A stretch of 64,000 nucleotides of DNA from Candidatus Limnocylindrales bacterium (GCA_049521175.1 JBEKPB010000012.1:3929-67928), one strand, 5' to 3'; shown: positions 30,438 to 41,057, counted from the stretch's first letter. Numbers and translations are program-made. Notes: generated by a model not told the origin, from the sequence alone.

Positions 30438-30785
30438 ATGGAAGCGATCGCCTTCTTGCTCGGGATCCTGCTGCTGAGCCTCGTCGGGTGGGACCTCTTC
30501 GAAACGATCGTCGTCCCGCGCCCATCGCCCGGCTGGTTCCGTCTGGGGCGCTACCTGGTCCGCGGGCTGTGGCGGGTCTTCCGGTTCGCCGGGCGCCGCC
30601 GCGGTGGAGAGGCACGCGACACGCTCTTGGGCCTCTTTGCGCCTGCGGCGACGCTTGTGTTGTTGGCCACCTGGCTTGCGGCGCTCGTCATCGGATACGG
30701 CCTCGTCCTGTTCGCCCTCCGCGACCAACTGAGCCCAAGACCGCAGGACCTCGAGACCGGCATCGCGGCACCGCCGTCAATCTGA
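30438..30785 (+). pseudogene. Potassium-channel-family membrane protein, truncated before the pore loop
   Basis: N-terminus WDLFETIVVPR...LLATWLAALVIGYGL typical of Ion_trans_2 proteins; no TxGxGD filter; ORF ends overlapping the convergent ogt. Confidence 0.6.
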
Positions 30786-31340
30786 GGGCCAGGAACCCTC
30801 CACGCCGAGGAGGGCTCGCTTGATGGCGAGCGCTGCCTCGCGACCGGCGTAGGTGTCACCGCCATAGCCGCCGAGAGCCCCGTGCGCACCGACGATGCGG
30901 TGGCATGGAATGAGGATCGGGACGGGATTCCGACCCATCGCTCCGCCTACTGCCTGGGCAGCGCCCGGCCGGCCGATCCGACCCGCCAGCTCGCCGTAGC
31001 TGGCCGTCTCCCCGTAGCTGAGCCGCGCCGCGCCCGACAGCACGAGGCGATCCCAATCGGAGACTCGCAGATCGACGGGGAGATCGAAGGCGCGGCGCTC
31101 GCCCGCGAGGTACTCGCGGATCTGCCGCGTGGCTTCGTCCAGCGTCCCTCGCCATTCGGGGGGAACCTCGCCGTCCTCTGCCGGTAGCACGGTGCCGTGG
31201 AGCCGTCGGGCGAGTCCGTCGACGAAGGCCGGCGTCTCAGTGTCGAGCCCAACGGCCACAATCCCGTCCGCGGTCGTGGCCACGTGAAGCACTCCCCAGG
31301 GGACCGGGCACGTGGTGAAGGCGGCGATCACCGGCGTCAT
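30777..31340 (-). CDS. ogt: Methylated-DNA--protein-cysteine methyltransferase
   Basis: GETASYGELA and AVGGAMGRNPVPILIPCHR. Confidence 0.95.
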   Translation of the reverse strand: MTPVIAAFTTCPVPWGVLHVATTADGIVAVGLDTETPAFVDGLARRLHGTVLPAEDGEVPPEWRGTLDEATRQIREYLAGERRAFDLPVDLRVSDWDRLVLSGAARLSYGETASYGELAGRIGRPGAAQAVGGAMGRNPVPILIPCHRIVGAHGALGGYGGDTYAGREAALAIKRALLGVEGSWPSD

Positions 31341-31425
31341 CGACGTAGTTTGACGCTTGTGCGTCGCGGCGGAAAGAAGCCCCGGTTGTCGTGGCGGCGA
31401 CTCGTGCGGTATACTCCCCGGGAGT

Positions 31426-33756
31426 ATGCAGACAGCCGGCCCCGCTCCCACTCTTCCGACCGCCCTATCCGCCGAGATCCAGCTGCCGATCGAGGGCATG
31501 AGCTGCGCGTCGTGTGTGAACCGCATCGAGCGGTACCTGCGCAAGACCCCAGGCGTGGCCGAGGCGAGCGTCAACCTGGCGACCGAGGTCGCGACGGTCC
31601 GCTACCTGCCGGAGATCGCTGGCTTCGATGAGCTGGCTCGCGCCATCGAGGCGGCAGGATACGAGGTCCGCGAGCTCCCGAAGGCGACCGACGGGGCAGC
31701 CATGAGCCTGGTCGACGAGGCCGACGCCGAGGCAGCCGGGCGTGCGCGCGAGCAGCGCTCCCTGGGCCTCGCGGCAGCGGTCGCCTTGGCCGTAGCCGCG
31801 GTCACTATGGTCCTCATGTACGCGCCGGGCGTCCCGCTCAGCATGGAGGGGCTGGCCTGGGTGCTCATCGGACCGGCGACCTTCGTCCAGTTCTGGGCCG
31901 GCCGCCGCTTCTACCGCGCGGCCTGGCGGGCGGCCATCCACCGCTCGACCAGCATGGACACTCTCGTCGTGGTCGGAACCTCGGCCGCGTGGGCCTACAG
32001 CGTCTTCGTCACGCTGGCGCCTGGGATCTTCCGATCGGCCGGGATCGAACCGCAGACCTACTTCGACAGCTCGACCGCGATCGTCGGCCTGGTCTTGATG
32101 GGCCGCTGGCTCGAAGCTCGAGCGAAGGCTCAGACCGTCGGCGCGATAAAGAGTCTCCTCGGGCTTCAGGCCCGATCGGCCCGGATCGTGCGCGGCGGGT
32201 GGGAGATCGACGTCCCGCTCGAAGAGGTTCGGGTGGGAGACCTGGTTCGTGTCCGGCCGGGAGAGCGCGTGCCCGTGGATGGGCGCGTTGTCGACGGCAA
32301 TTCCGCGGTCGATGAGTCGATGCTGACCGGCGAGCCGGTTCCCGTCGAGAAGAAGCCGGGGGACGAGGTGATCGGCGGCACCATGAACCGCAATGGGTCG
32401 CTGCTGTTCCGAGCAGTTCGAGTCGGACGCGACACAGCGCTGGCCCATATCGTCGAGCTTGTCAGGCGCGCGCAGGGTTCCAAGGCGCCGATCCAGCGGC
32501 TGGCCGACCGGATCGGCGGCGTCTTCGTCCCGGTCGTCCTCGGATTGGGGGCCCTCACTTTCGCCGTGTGGTTCGCTCTCGGGCCGGAGCCGCGGCCAAC
32601 CCACGCCCTTGTAGCGTTCATCACAGTGGTCGTCATCTCGTGTCCCTGCGCGATGGGCCTGGCCACCCCGACGGCGATCATGGTCGGCACGGGCAAGGGC
32701 GCCGAGGCGGGTGTGCTGATCCGCGGCGGCGAGGCGCTCGAGATGGCCGCTCGGATCGATGCCGTCGTCTTCGACAAGACCGGCACGCTGACGCGCGGCC
32801 GGCCGTCGCTTGGCGACGTCGTTGCGGCACCGGGGTTCACCCGCGACGAAGTTCTAGATCTGGCCGCTTCGGTAGAGCGGGGCAGCGAGCACCCACTGGC
32901 CGCGGCGATCCTGGCAAGTGCCGGCGAAGCGGGCCTGGGTCGTCGAGAGGTCGAGGGGTTCGAGGCGGTCGCAGGTCGGGGCGTGCGCGGCCGCGTCGAG
33001 GGTCGGGAGGTGCTGGTCGGCACGGCCGCGTTCCTCGAGGGGAGTGGCGTGAACACGGATCCCCCCGCGGCTGCCAGTGCCGCTTCTGCCGTGACCTACC
33101 TGGCCGTCGACGGCGTCCTCGCCGGTGCGCTGCCGACCGTGGACGAGGTCAAGCCGGAGGCTGCGAGCGCCGTCCGTGAGCTCGCGGACGCCGGCATCGA
33201 GGTCTGGCTGGTCACGGGCGACGTTGCGAGAGTCGCCGGATCGGTCGCGGCCGCCGTCGGCATTCCCGCCGAACGGGTGATGGCCGAGGTCCTTCCGGCC
33301 GGCAAGGCGGACGCCGTGGCCGCGCTCCAGGCGCGAGGCCTTCGAGTGGCGATGGTCGGTGACGGCATCAACGACGCACCTGCCCTTGCGCGGGCCGACG
33401 TCGGGATCGCGATCGGAACCGGCGCCGACGTGGCCATGGAGGCCTCCGACGTGACGCTGGTCGGGGGCGATCCGCGAGCGGTGGCAACCGCGATCAGCCT
33501 GTCACGCCAGACTCGCCGGGTCATACGCCAGAACCTGTTCTGGGCCTTCGGCTACAACGTCGTCCTCATCCCAGTCGCGATGGGCGCCCTGTTCCCGATG
33601 TTCGGGGTGACGCTCAATCCCGCCCTGGCGGCCGCCGCGATGGCCTTCTCCTCGGTCAGCGTCGTCTCGAACTCGCTGCGGCTTCGGCGCGCCTCGCTGG
33701 GACGGCGAGCCGCATCGGCCGGTACATCGGCCGCGGCCACGGCCGGCGCGGCCTAG
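31426..33756 (+). CDS. copA: Cu(I)-translocating P1B-type ATPase
   Basis: GMSCASC HMA domain, [24 protein letters not shown] and MAFSS. Confidence 0.95.
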   Translation: MQTAGPAPTLPTALSAEIQLPIEGMSCASCVNRIERYLRKTPGVAEASVNLATEVATVRYLPEIAGFDELARAIEAAGYEVRELPKATDGAAMSLVDEADAEAAGRAREQRSLGLAAAVALAVAAVTMVLMYAPGVPLSMEGLAWVLIGPATFVQFWAGRRFYRAAWRAAIHRSTSMDTLVVVGTSAAWAYSVFVTLAPGIFRSAGIEPQTYFDSSTAIVGLVLMGRWLEARAKAQTVGAIKSLLGLQARSARIVRGGWEIDVPLEEVRVGDLVRVRPGERVPVDGRVVDGNSAVDESMLTGEPVPVEKKPGDEVIGGTMNRNGSLLFRAVRVGRDTALAHIVELVRRAQGSKAPIQRLADRIGGVFVPVVLGLGALTFAVWFALGPEPRPTHALVAFITVVVISCPCAMGLATPTAIMVGTGKGAEAGVLIRGGEALEMAARIDAVVFDKTGTLTRGRPSLGDVVAAPGFTRDEVLDLAASVERGSEHPLAAAILASAGEAGLGRREVEGFEAVAGRGVRGRVEGREVLVGTAAFLEGSGVNTDPPAAASAASAVTYLAVDGVLAGALPTVDEVKPEAASAVRELADAGIEVWLVTGDVARVAGSVAAAVGIPAERVMAEVLPAGKADAVAALQARGLRVAMVGDGINDAPALARADVGIAIGTGADVAMEASDVTLVGGDPRAVATAISLSRQTRRVIRQNLFWAFGYNVVLIPVAMGALFPMFGVTLNPALAAAAMAFSSVSVVSNSLRLRRASLGRRAASAGTSAAATAGAA

Positions 33757-33766
33757 CCGGCGCGCG

Positions 33767-34273
33767 TCACACGGTGTAAGCGACCGCGACGACCAGAATC
33801 AGCCCGAGGGCCGCGCCACCGAGGGCGGAGCGGAATCCCGCTGACCTGCCGAACCCGAACGGCGCGGTCAGCTGCCCGACCAGCAGGCCTGCGGCAGCGA
33901 CCGGCAATGCCAGCGCCGCAGCGACGACGCCGAGTGGCAGGTTGCGGCCCAACGGGTGGATCATCACCGCTTCGCGAGCCACGAACGAGACGATGAGCAA
34001 CGCGTCGGCGGCCACGAAGAACGCGGCTATCGCACCCAGCACGGCATCGCTGCGCGTGGCCGCGAGGAAGGTCGGATATGCGACGACCAGGACCCCCAGA
34101 GCGACGACCGCCGGCGTGAGGATCAGCGCGCCGTCGAGTCCGTTGGGAAGGGTCAAGCGCGGCGCTGGCCGGCTGGCCTGGAAGGCCACGGGCGTGGCAA
34201 TCGAGATGAAGGCGCCGACTACGCCGGCCTCGACTCCGCGTCGCAGCCAGGGTGGGAGAATTCGGCGCAACAC
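33767..34273 (-). CDS. Hypothetical membrane protein
   Basis: Multiple TM helices; TACGAT 6 nt before GTG 34273 suggests this start. Confidence 0.7.
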   Translation of the reverse strand: MLRRILPPWLRRGVEAGVVGAFISIATPVAFQASRPAPRLTLPNGLDGALILTPAVVALGVLVVAYPTFLAATRSDAVLGAIAAFFVAADALLIVSFVAREAVMIHPLGRNLPLGVVAAALALPVAAAGLLVGQLTAPFGFGRSAGFRSALGGAALGLILVVAVAYTV

Positions 34274-34387
34274 GGGCGAATCGTACACTGCCCGATCGAT
34301 CGACCCCGACGCCTTGTGGGGCCGGGCTTTTCGCGCGCTCGACTATCGCGTCGAGCGCCTGGTTTCGGCGCGATCGACTACCGGAGG

Positions 34388-35653
34388 CTAGGCCTCGAAC
34401 CGGCGGAAGACCGCGACCGCGTTCTGGCCGCCGAAGCCGAAGCCGTTGATGATCGCGGTGTCGACCTTCTTGGCGCGCTTCACGTTCGGGATGTAGTCCA
34501 GGTCGCACTCCGGATCCGGGTTCTGCAGGTTGGCCGTGGGCGGCATTACGCCTTCGCGGATGGCTCCGATCGCGGCCAGGCCGCTCACCGCGCCGGCGGC
34601 GCCGAGCAGGTGGCCGACCATCGATTTGGGCGAGCTGATGGCCGTCTTGTAGGCATGGGCGCCGAATGCGGACTTGATCGCCCGGGTTTCGGTCATGTCG
34701 TTGAGCGGCGTGGAAGTGCCGTGGGCGACGATGTAGTCCACCTCGTCGGGGGCGATCTCGGCGTTGCGGAGTGCCTTGGTCATCGCGGCGGCGGCGCCAC
34801 GTCCGGTCGGCTCGGGGGCGCTGATGTGGAACGCGTCGGCGGTGATGCCTCCGCCGATCACCTCGCACAGGATGTTCGCGCCGCGGGCCATGGCGTGCTC
34901 GGCCGACTCGAGGACCGCTACCGCCGCGCCCTCACCGAAGACGAAGCCGTCGCGGTCGCGATCGAACGGGCGGGATGCATGCGTAGGATCGTCGTTGCGG
35001 CGTGAGAGGGCGCCCATGTTCCCGAGCGCAGCGAATGCGATCGGCAGGAGGGAGCCTTCCGTCCCGCCGACGAGCGCGACGTCGACCTCGCCATCGCGGA
35101 TCATACGCAGGCCGTCGATGAAGGCGATGACGCTGCTCGCGCAGGCAGCAACCTGGGTCAGGACCGGGCCCGTGATGCAGTATTTCATCGAGATCTGGCA
35201 GGCCGCCATCGAGCCCGAGAGGGCCGGTATAGCAAACGGCGAGACCTGGCCGGGCCCCTTTTCGGCGAGGACTTGCGTGCCCGTGATCACTTGATCCATG
35301 CCGCCGCCGCCGGTGTTCATGCACACGGCGACTCGATCGCGCTGGTCCTGGTCGTAGGCCGCGAAGTCGATGCCGGCGTCGTCCACGGCCTCGGTCGCCG
35401 CGGCCACGGCCAGGTGGATGAAGCGGCTCATGCGGCGCGCCATCTTGCGGTCCATGGCTACGTTGGGGTCGAAGTCCTTGACCTCGGCCGCGATCCGGAC
35501 GTCAAGCCCCGAGGAATCGAATTGGGTGATCGGGCCCACACCCGAGACGCCCGCCAGGAGACTCTCCCAGTAGGCCTTGGCCGTGTTGCCGATCGGGGTT
35601 ACGGCTCCCAGACCGGTGACGACAGCGCGACGGGCAGGATCCTTGGTGGGCAC
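34388..35653 (-). CDS. fabF: Beta-ketoacyl-ACP synthase II, paralogue 1
   Basis: VVTGLG, AACASS, AHGTST, KSMVGH and NGFGFGGQN; AGGAG RBS. Confidence 0.93.
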   Translation of the reverse strand: MPTKDPARRAVVTGLGAVTPIGNTAKAYWESLLAGVSGVGPITQFDSSGLDVRIAAEVKDFDPNVAMDRKMARRMSRFIHLAVAAATEAVDDAGIDFAAYDQDQRDRVAVCMNTGGGGMDQVITGTQVLAEKGPGQVSPFAIPALSGSMAACQISMKYCITGPVLTQVAACASSVIAFIDGLRMIRDGEVDVALVGGTEGSLLPIAFAALGNMGALSRRNDDPTHASRPFDRDRDGFVFGEGAAVAVLESAEHAMARGANILCEVIGGGITADAFHISAPEPTGRGAAAAMTKALRNAEIAPDEVDYIVAHGTSTPLNDMTETRAIKSAFGAHAYKTAISSPKSMVGHLLGAAGAVSGLAAIGAIREGVMPPTANLQNPDPECDLDYIPNVKRAKKVDTAIINGFGFGGQNAVAVFRRFEA

Positions 35654-35832
35654 GGGCCATCTCCTAGGACGTGTAGCAAGCGGAGGCGACCACCGCTGGC
35701 GGCGCCTGGCTATCTGGCCCGGCGGAACGTAGTGTCGTCCGCCGGTGGGACGGCGGTCGGGGCAACCAGGCCTCACACGGCACGGCTACATCCGACGTGT
35801 GGATTGTACCGGCTCGGGACCGGCACGGCGGT

Positions 35833-36378
35833 CTACCGCCGCTCGGCTGCCCCCTCGCGGAGCAGCTCCGTCACGCGTCGAAGGAAGAGGCGTACGGCAC
35901 CCCTTTCGGACTCGCTGAGCGGATCGAGAGCTTCCTCGACTGCCCGCCCGCGCCAGTGATAGGCGCGCTCGACGTCCTCCAGAACGTCCGGGTTCAGCCG
36001 CACGCGGACGATTCGGCGGTCGTCGGAGTCGCGTTCGCGAATGACGTAGCGAGCCGCCTCCAGCTCTTCGACGACGCGGCTGGCCCAGCCATAGGAAATC
36101 CCCAGGCCCGATGCCAGCTGTCCGACGGTCCGCTCTCCATGCTGGTAGACGTGGATGGCGGCCCGGACCGCGTGGTTCGAGATGCCGGTCCGACCCGTGG
36201 CACTGTCCCCGCCGCCGTTCCCACTCCCGCGAGGGGAGACGCCGTCGTCCTCATCCTCCCGGCGTATCGCGTAGGCCGCATGCAGGAACTCGACCAGCAG
36301 GCGGCTCGTCTCGAGGGCGTCGTCGGAGAGTCGGGCCCGAGGTACGTCGAGTCCCCGAGTGGGGATCCCGTCAGCCAT
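35833..36378 (-). CDS. MarR-family regulator
   Basis: TVGQLASGLGIS...SRVVEELE...RERDSDDRR. Confidence 0.9.
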   Translation of the reverse strand: MADGIPTRGLDVPRARLSDDALETSRLLVEFLHAAYAIRREDEDDGVSPRGSGNGGGDSATGRTGISNHAVRAAIHVYQHGERTVGQLASGLGISYGWASRVVEELEAARYVIRERDSDDRRIVRVRLNPDVLEDVERAYHWRGRAVEEALDPLSESERGAVRLFLRRVTELLREGAAERR

Positions 36379-36491
36379 GTCGCGACTATACCATGACGAC
36401 TTTACTAAACATTCCCCAGGGCAAGATTTGGCCACGCTCGAACGCATTGTCTCGGCCGGCGGAATCCCGGTCGGATGGTTTGGCGGCGGGC

Positions 36492-36941
36492 CTACAGCGC
36501 GTCGACGCCGCCGAAGTCGAGCTCCACCGTCGCCTTGACGAGGCTGTTCGCGGCCGAGTCGACGAAGCCGGCGAAACCGGCGGACTCGTCGAGCTCGGTC
36601 GTCGGGCCGGCCCAGACGAGCCGCGGAACCCGTTCGGTCAGCATGATGTAGGGCAGGGCGAGCCAGCGGGTCGGGCCGGCGACGACATCCAGGCAGCTAG
36701 CCAGGCGCCGGCCATCCGTAAGCAGCGTCTCGATCGACACTCTGACGACGACCGCCTCCGGGCCGTTGAGGTTCCACTCACGCCACGGCCCCCGATCGTC
36801 CGAGGCCTTCACGATCGTGAAGTGTTCGGCCGTGGGCAGGCGCGCCTTCTCCCAGATCTGGGGCCGGGCCGTCGCGAGTATCTGTCGCGCGCGTGTCACT
36901 ACCATGAGCAGTTCCCAGGCCACCGTGAGATCGCGCGCCAT
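36492..36941 (-). CDS. Hypothetical protein
   Basis: GAGGAG RBS; own promoter-like TTGTAG-17-TACGCT (37038-37010). Confidence 0.7.
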   Translation of the reverse strand: MARDLTVAWELLMVVTRARQILATARPQIWEKARLPTAEHFTIVKASDDRGPWREWNLNGPEAVVVRVSIETLLTDGRRLASCLDVVAGPTRWLALPYIMLTERVPRLVWAGPTTELDESAGFAGFVDSAANSLVKATVELDFGGVDAL

Positions 36942-37081
36942 CGCCGCTCCTCTACCCCGCGGCCCAGGGACGCTCCCACCTCGCCGCTCCGTCGTCCGCA
37001 GGCATTCGAAGCGTACGCCTCACCCCGTGGCGCTACAACAGCATTTCCTGGCGGTGGGTGGTTCGAGCGGACGTCGCCGGT

Positions 37082-38344
37082 TCAGTCGCCTGTGTAGTGC
37101 TTGAAGATTACCGCCGCGTTGTGGCCGCCCAGGCCGATGTTGTTCGAGAGGGCATAGCGAAGCGGCTTCTCGATCGTCTCCGTCGCGATGTTGATGTTGC
37201 AGTCGGGATCCGGCTCGCGGTAGTTGAGGGTCGGCGGAACGGTCTGGTGGTAGAGGGAGAGGACGGTCGCCACGCCCTCGAAGGCGCCGCCGGCGCCCAT
37301 CATGTGGCCCGTCATCGACTTCGTTGCGGAGATCAGAATGTTCGGCGTGTGGCTACCGAAGGCACCCCAGATGGCCTCGCTCTCGCGTTTGTCCCCGATA
37401 GGAGTGGAGACCCCGTGGGGATTGATCATGCCCACCTCATCTGCCGGCACGCCGCGTCGCTCGAGGGCCATCTTCATGGCCCTGGTCGAACCCTCTCCTC
37501 CGTCCGCCGGGGCGATCATGTCGAAGCCATCCGCGGCCGAGCCGTAGCCGACGACCTCGGCGTAGATCGTGGCCCCGCGCGCTTTGGCGAGCTCGAGGTC
37601 CTCGAGGATCAGGGCGCCGGCACCTTCCCCGAGTACGAAGCCGTCGCGAGTGCGATCGAAGGGTCGGCAGACCGTTCCGATCGGCTCGCCCGGTAACGGA
37701 GAGCCCATGCCGCGCATGTTGGTGAAGCCAATGTGGACGAGCTCCAGGAGCGGCGACTCGGCCGCGCCGGCGATAACGGCGGTGCAGTCGCCTCGGCGGA
37801 TTGCTTCGGCGGCCTCGCCGATTGCCGTTGTGCCAGTCGAGCAAGCCGACACCGGGCAGAAGTTGTGGCCCTTGGCGCCCGTTTCGATGGCAATGGTTCC
37901 GGAGGAGGCATCGACCAGACCGTTGGCGATGAAGAACGGGCTGACCAATCGCGCGCCCTTTGTGTGCCAGACCTCCTGGTTGGAGATGAAGAGACCCTGT
38001 CCGCCGCCGCCTGACCCGTATATGACGCCTATGTCGTACCGGTTCTCGTCAGTGATCTCGAGACCGGAGTCCTGAACCGCCATCTTCGCGGATGCCACGG
38101 CGAAATGAACGGTGGTCTCCGTTCGGCGGGCGTCCTTGAAGTTCCAGTACTTCGTGATGTCAAAGTCACGGACCTCGGCACCGGCCTTGTGCTCGTAGGG
38201 CGTGGTGTCGAAATGCGTGATCTCGCCGATGCCGGAACGGCCGGATACGAGGCTCTCCCAGACGGCGTCCTTGTCGTTGCCGATCGGGCTGACAACACCG
38301 AGCCCGGTAACGACAACGCGCCTGGTGTAATCGGGCTTGCGCAC
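37082..38344 (-). CDS. fabF: Beta-ketoacyl-ACP synthase II, paralogue 2
   Basis: RRVVVTGLG, SACSTG, PHGVST, KSMTGH and NNIGLGGHN; AGGAGG RBS. Confidence 0.92.
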   Translation of the reverse strand: MRKPDYTRRVVVTGLGVVSPIGNDKDAVWESLVSGRSGIGEITHFDTTPYEHKAGAEVRDFDITKYWNFKDARRTETTVHFAVASAKMAVQDSGLEITDENRYDIGVIYGSGGGGQGLFISNQEVWHTKGARLVSPFFIANGLVDASSGTIAIETGAKGHNFCPVSACSTGTTAIGEAAEAIRRGDCTAVIAGAAESPLLELVHIGFTNMRGMGSPLPGEPIGTVCRPFDRTRDGFVLGEGAGALILEDLELAKARGATIYAEVVGYGSAADGFDMIAPADGGEGSTRAMKMALERRGVPADEVGMINPHGVSTPIGDKRESEAIWGAFGSHTPNILISATKSMTGHMMGAGGAFEGVATVLSLYHQTVPPTLNYREPDPDCNINIATETIEKPLRYALSNNIGLGGHNAAVIFKHYTGD

Positions 38345-38400
38345 TTGATCGGTATCCTCCTGGACTTGGCTCGGCCGCGGGCACGCCGCCCGCTGATTGC

Positions 38401-39375
38401 TCAGTGAGTGAGTGTCCTGTCGTCGACGAAGGGCACGGCTATGGCGCCGGGCGCCGCCGCGTCGTCGACGGCCACGGCTTCTGCTTCCGGTGCGATCCGC
38501 TTGATCAGGCCGGTAAGCACCTTGCCGGGCCCAACCTCGACGAACGTGGTGACGCCGTCGGCAGACATCTTCTGGACGGCGGCGATCCAATCGACACCGC
38601 GGGTGAGGTGCTCGATCAGTTCGTCGCGAGCTCCGGCCGCCGTCGCTATGGGGCGCGCATCCGCGTTGGCCAGAAGCGGGATCGAGGGGTCGGAGAAGGT
38701 CACGGGTGCAAGGACGCGGGCCATGCCCGTAGCGGCCTCGGCCATGAGTGACGAATGCGCCGCGACCGAGACCGGCAGCACTTTGACCAGCCGCGCGCCA
38801 AGACCCTTTGCCCCGGCGGCGGCGGCCTCCACGGCGGCGCGATCGCCCGAGATGACCACCTGGCCGGGCGCGTTGCGATTCGCGACCGTCAGGCTGCCGT
38901 GGGCAGCGCCCAGCGCGACGAGCTCCTCGAGGCGAGCGTTGTCCAGGCCGATGATCGCGGCCATTGCCCCCGAGCGACCCTGTCCGGAAGCCTGCATCTG
39001 GCGGCCGCGCTCTCGGACGAGCCGCACTGCATCGCCGAGCGAGATGACTCCGGCAGCCACCATGGCGCTGTACTGACCCATCGAATGGCCGGCCGCATAC
39101 CTGGGCTCGGGAGCCGTGACCCCGGTGGTTGCCCATCGTTCGCGCATCGCGGCCAGGAAGGCGATCGAGACCGCGACCAGGGCCGGCTGGGCATTGACGG
39201 TCAAATCGAGCTCTTCGGCGGGTCCGTCGAACGCCAGCCGGCTGATCGGCTCGCCCAAGGCCCGATCGGCCTCGGCCAGGACGTCTGCAGCGGCCGGCGA
39301 CGCCTCCGCCAGCGCCTTGCCCATCCCCACCGCCTGAGATCCCTGCCCGGGGAATACGAATGCGATGCGATCCAT
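38401..39375 (-). CDS. fabD: Malonyl-CoA:ACP transacylase
   Basis: FPGQGSQ, AGHSMGQY, VAAHS and EVGPGKVL. Confidence 0.95.
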   Translation of the reverse strand: MDRIAFVFPGQGSQAVGMGKALAEASPAAADVLAEADRALGEPISRLAFDGPAEELDLTVNAQPALVAVSIAFLAAMRERWATTGVTAPEPRYAAGHSMGQYSAMVAAGVISLGDAVRLVRERGRQMQASGQGRSGAMAAIIGLDNARLEELVALGAAHGSLTVANRNAPGQVVISGDRAAVEAAAAGAKGLGARLVKVLPVSVAAHSSLMAEAATGMARVLAPVTFSDPSIPLLANADARPIATAAGARDELIEHLTRGVDWIAAVQKMSADGVTTFVEVGPGKVLTGLIKRIAPEAEAVAVDDAAAPGAIAVPFVDDRTLTH

Positions 39376-39533
39376 GTGGTCTGTCTGGTCTCCTTGGCTC
39401 GGGGGTCGCGCCGGGGAAGGCGGACCACTCACGGCCGGGGCTGTGAACCGATTTCGACCGACCGTCCGGCGGTCGACTTGGTTGCGTAGCGTAATGGTCC
39501 AGCTCCTCACCATGAGGGAAAACGTGTGCAGCT

Positions 39534-39562
39534 TTGCATATATCAGTCCGGGAGCGTAGATT
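39534..39562 (+). promoter_or_regulatory. Sigma70-type promoter of the divergent MarR gene, overlapping a TGCA-N4-TGCA palindrome
   Basis: TTGCAT-17 bp-TAGATT, with GTG 6 nt downstream. Confidence 0.65.
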
Positions 39563-39568
39563 TGGGAG

Positions 39569-40390
39569 GTGCCGCAGTTCAGACCGAAGCTCCCGAACCT
39601 TGGGTCGCGACCGCCGGAAGGCGGGTCGGGTCAGACGTCGCGACCGGCGCCCGAGGTGGCCGTCAACGACGGAACGGCCTGGCCGGTGGGCGTCGATGCG
39701 ACTCCCGAGGCAGGGTCGCACGGGCCGGCGGGCGCGCCGGCAAGCGGAACTGCGCAGCAAGACATCGAAGGCACGAGGCCCGATAGGACGGCGCCACTCC
39801 GGCTGCTGCGGGGCACGCCACGACCGTTCTTGCACATGCCGACGCTGACCGTGCCGAGCCGCGCGGCCGTCGAGTCCGCCGCGCGAGAGCTCCTGTCGGC
39901 GCCGGTGGAGGCGGCTCGCCATCGTCTCCAGAACCCGCGTGAGCTGTCCGACCGGATCGCCATGGGCCGGGCCATCTGGCGCGACCTTGTCATCGGGTTC
40001 GCGGCCCAGCTGGGCGAGCTGAACCTCGGCTTCACTCAACTTGCGGCCCTGTACGCACTCGCCGACAGCGGCACCATGACCGTCGCAGATCTGGCCGATG
40101 CCCTCGGCCGCTCCCAGTCGGCGGCGAGCCGCCTTGTCGATGGCCTGGTACAGCGCCAGCTCATCGAACGCAATCAAGATGCGGAGGATCGACGTCAACG
40201 GACCCTGACGCTGACGGGACGCGGTCAGGCCCTGCTCGGTCTCGTCGACCGAGCGAGGGCGCAGGAGTTCCTGTCGATCGTGCGGCCGTTGCCGACCGCC
40301 GAGCGCGCGCTCGTGGCAATGGGGGTGGCCGCGCTATCCACGCATGCCATCTCGAGGCGCGGGAGACTGATCAAGCAGCGTCCGCGCTGA
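39569..40390 (+). CDS. MarR-family regulator with a long N-terminal extension (alternative start 39836)
   Basis: TVADLADALGRSQSAASRLVDGL...EDRR...LTGRG. Confidence 0.88.
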   Translation: MPQFRPKLPNLGSRPPEGGSGQTSRPAPEVAVNDGTAWPVGVDATPEAGSHGPAGAPASGTAQQDIEGTRPDRTAPLRLLRGTPRPFLHMPTLTVPSRAAVESAARELLSAPVEAARHRLQNPRELSDRIAMGRAIWRDLVIGFAAQLGELNLGFTQLAALYALADSGTMTVADLADALGRSQSAASRLVDGLVQRQLIERNQDAEDRRQRTLTLTGRGQALLGLVDRARAQEFLSIVRPLPTAERALVAMGVAALSTHAISRRGRLIKQRPR

Positions 40391-40606
40391 TCGCTGGTCG
40401 GTGCGAGAGGTGTTGGACACGCGTTAACAACCTATCGCATCCCGATCGGACGGCAGGCGCTCGACATCGCTGCCGGCTGGGTACGGCGCAAGCTGGCACC
40501 GGGGACGGTCGCCGAAGGCGGCGCGGTCACGGAGAATGGGCCCTGATGGACGTACCCGCGGTGCCTGGGTCAGCGGGCACGGGCTGTCGATCCGGGATCC
40601 TCGGCC

Positions 40607-41038
40607 TCAGGGTGCGCCGACTGGCTGAGGTCTCTGCATCAGCCCGAGCTGCATGAGCATGCCGAGCTGATCGGGTACGCCCCAATGCTCGACGAGCTTG
40701 CCGTCCACGAAGCGGGCAATGTCGATGACGTCGATCTCGATCGATTTGCCGGTGGGTGGGTTACCGAAGATCGAGCCCGTGTTCACGCCGCGGGCGCGGT
40801 TGAGCGCCCAGACTGTGTCACCGTCGGCCGCGAGCCTGGCGACCGTCAGCTCGAAATCCGAGAACCAGTCGTGCAGGGTGGTGATCGTGGCCTTTACGCC
40901 ATCAATGCCAGGTTTGCTCCCTCGCTGGTGCTCGATCGCCGCGGGGGAGACCAGTTCCTCGACGACACCAAGGTCGCCTTGGGTGAACCCGACTTCGATT
41001 AGCCTGCGAAACGCGACGATGTTGTCTTCTGTCGACAT
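40607..41038 (-). CDS. SnoaL-like ester cyclase (NTF2 fold)
   Basis: PPTGKSI, RFVDGKLVEHW and DQLGMLMQLG. Confidence 0.9.
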   Translation of the reverse strand: MSTEDNIVAFRRLIEVGFTQGDLGVVEELVSPAAIEHQRGSKPGIDGVKATITTLHDWFSDFELTVARLAADGDTVWALNRARGVNTGSIFGNPPTGKSIEIDVIDIARFVDGKLVEHWGVPDQLGMLMQLGLMQRPQPVGAP

Positions 41039-41057
41039 GCCATTCTCTTTCAGTGAT

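Noticed and set aside
37082-40198. 1038-aa ORF suggesting a giant FabF fusion
   Set aside because: The upstream part is an off-frame read of fabD and antisense of marR; FabF has its own RBS and GTG at 38344.
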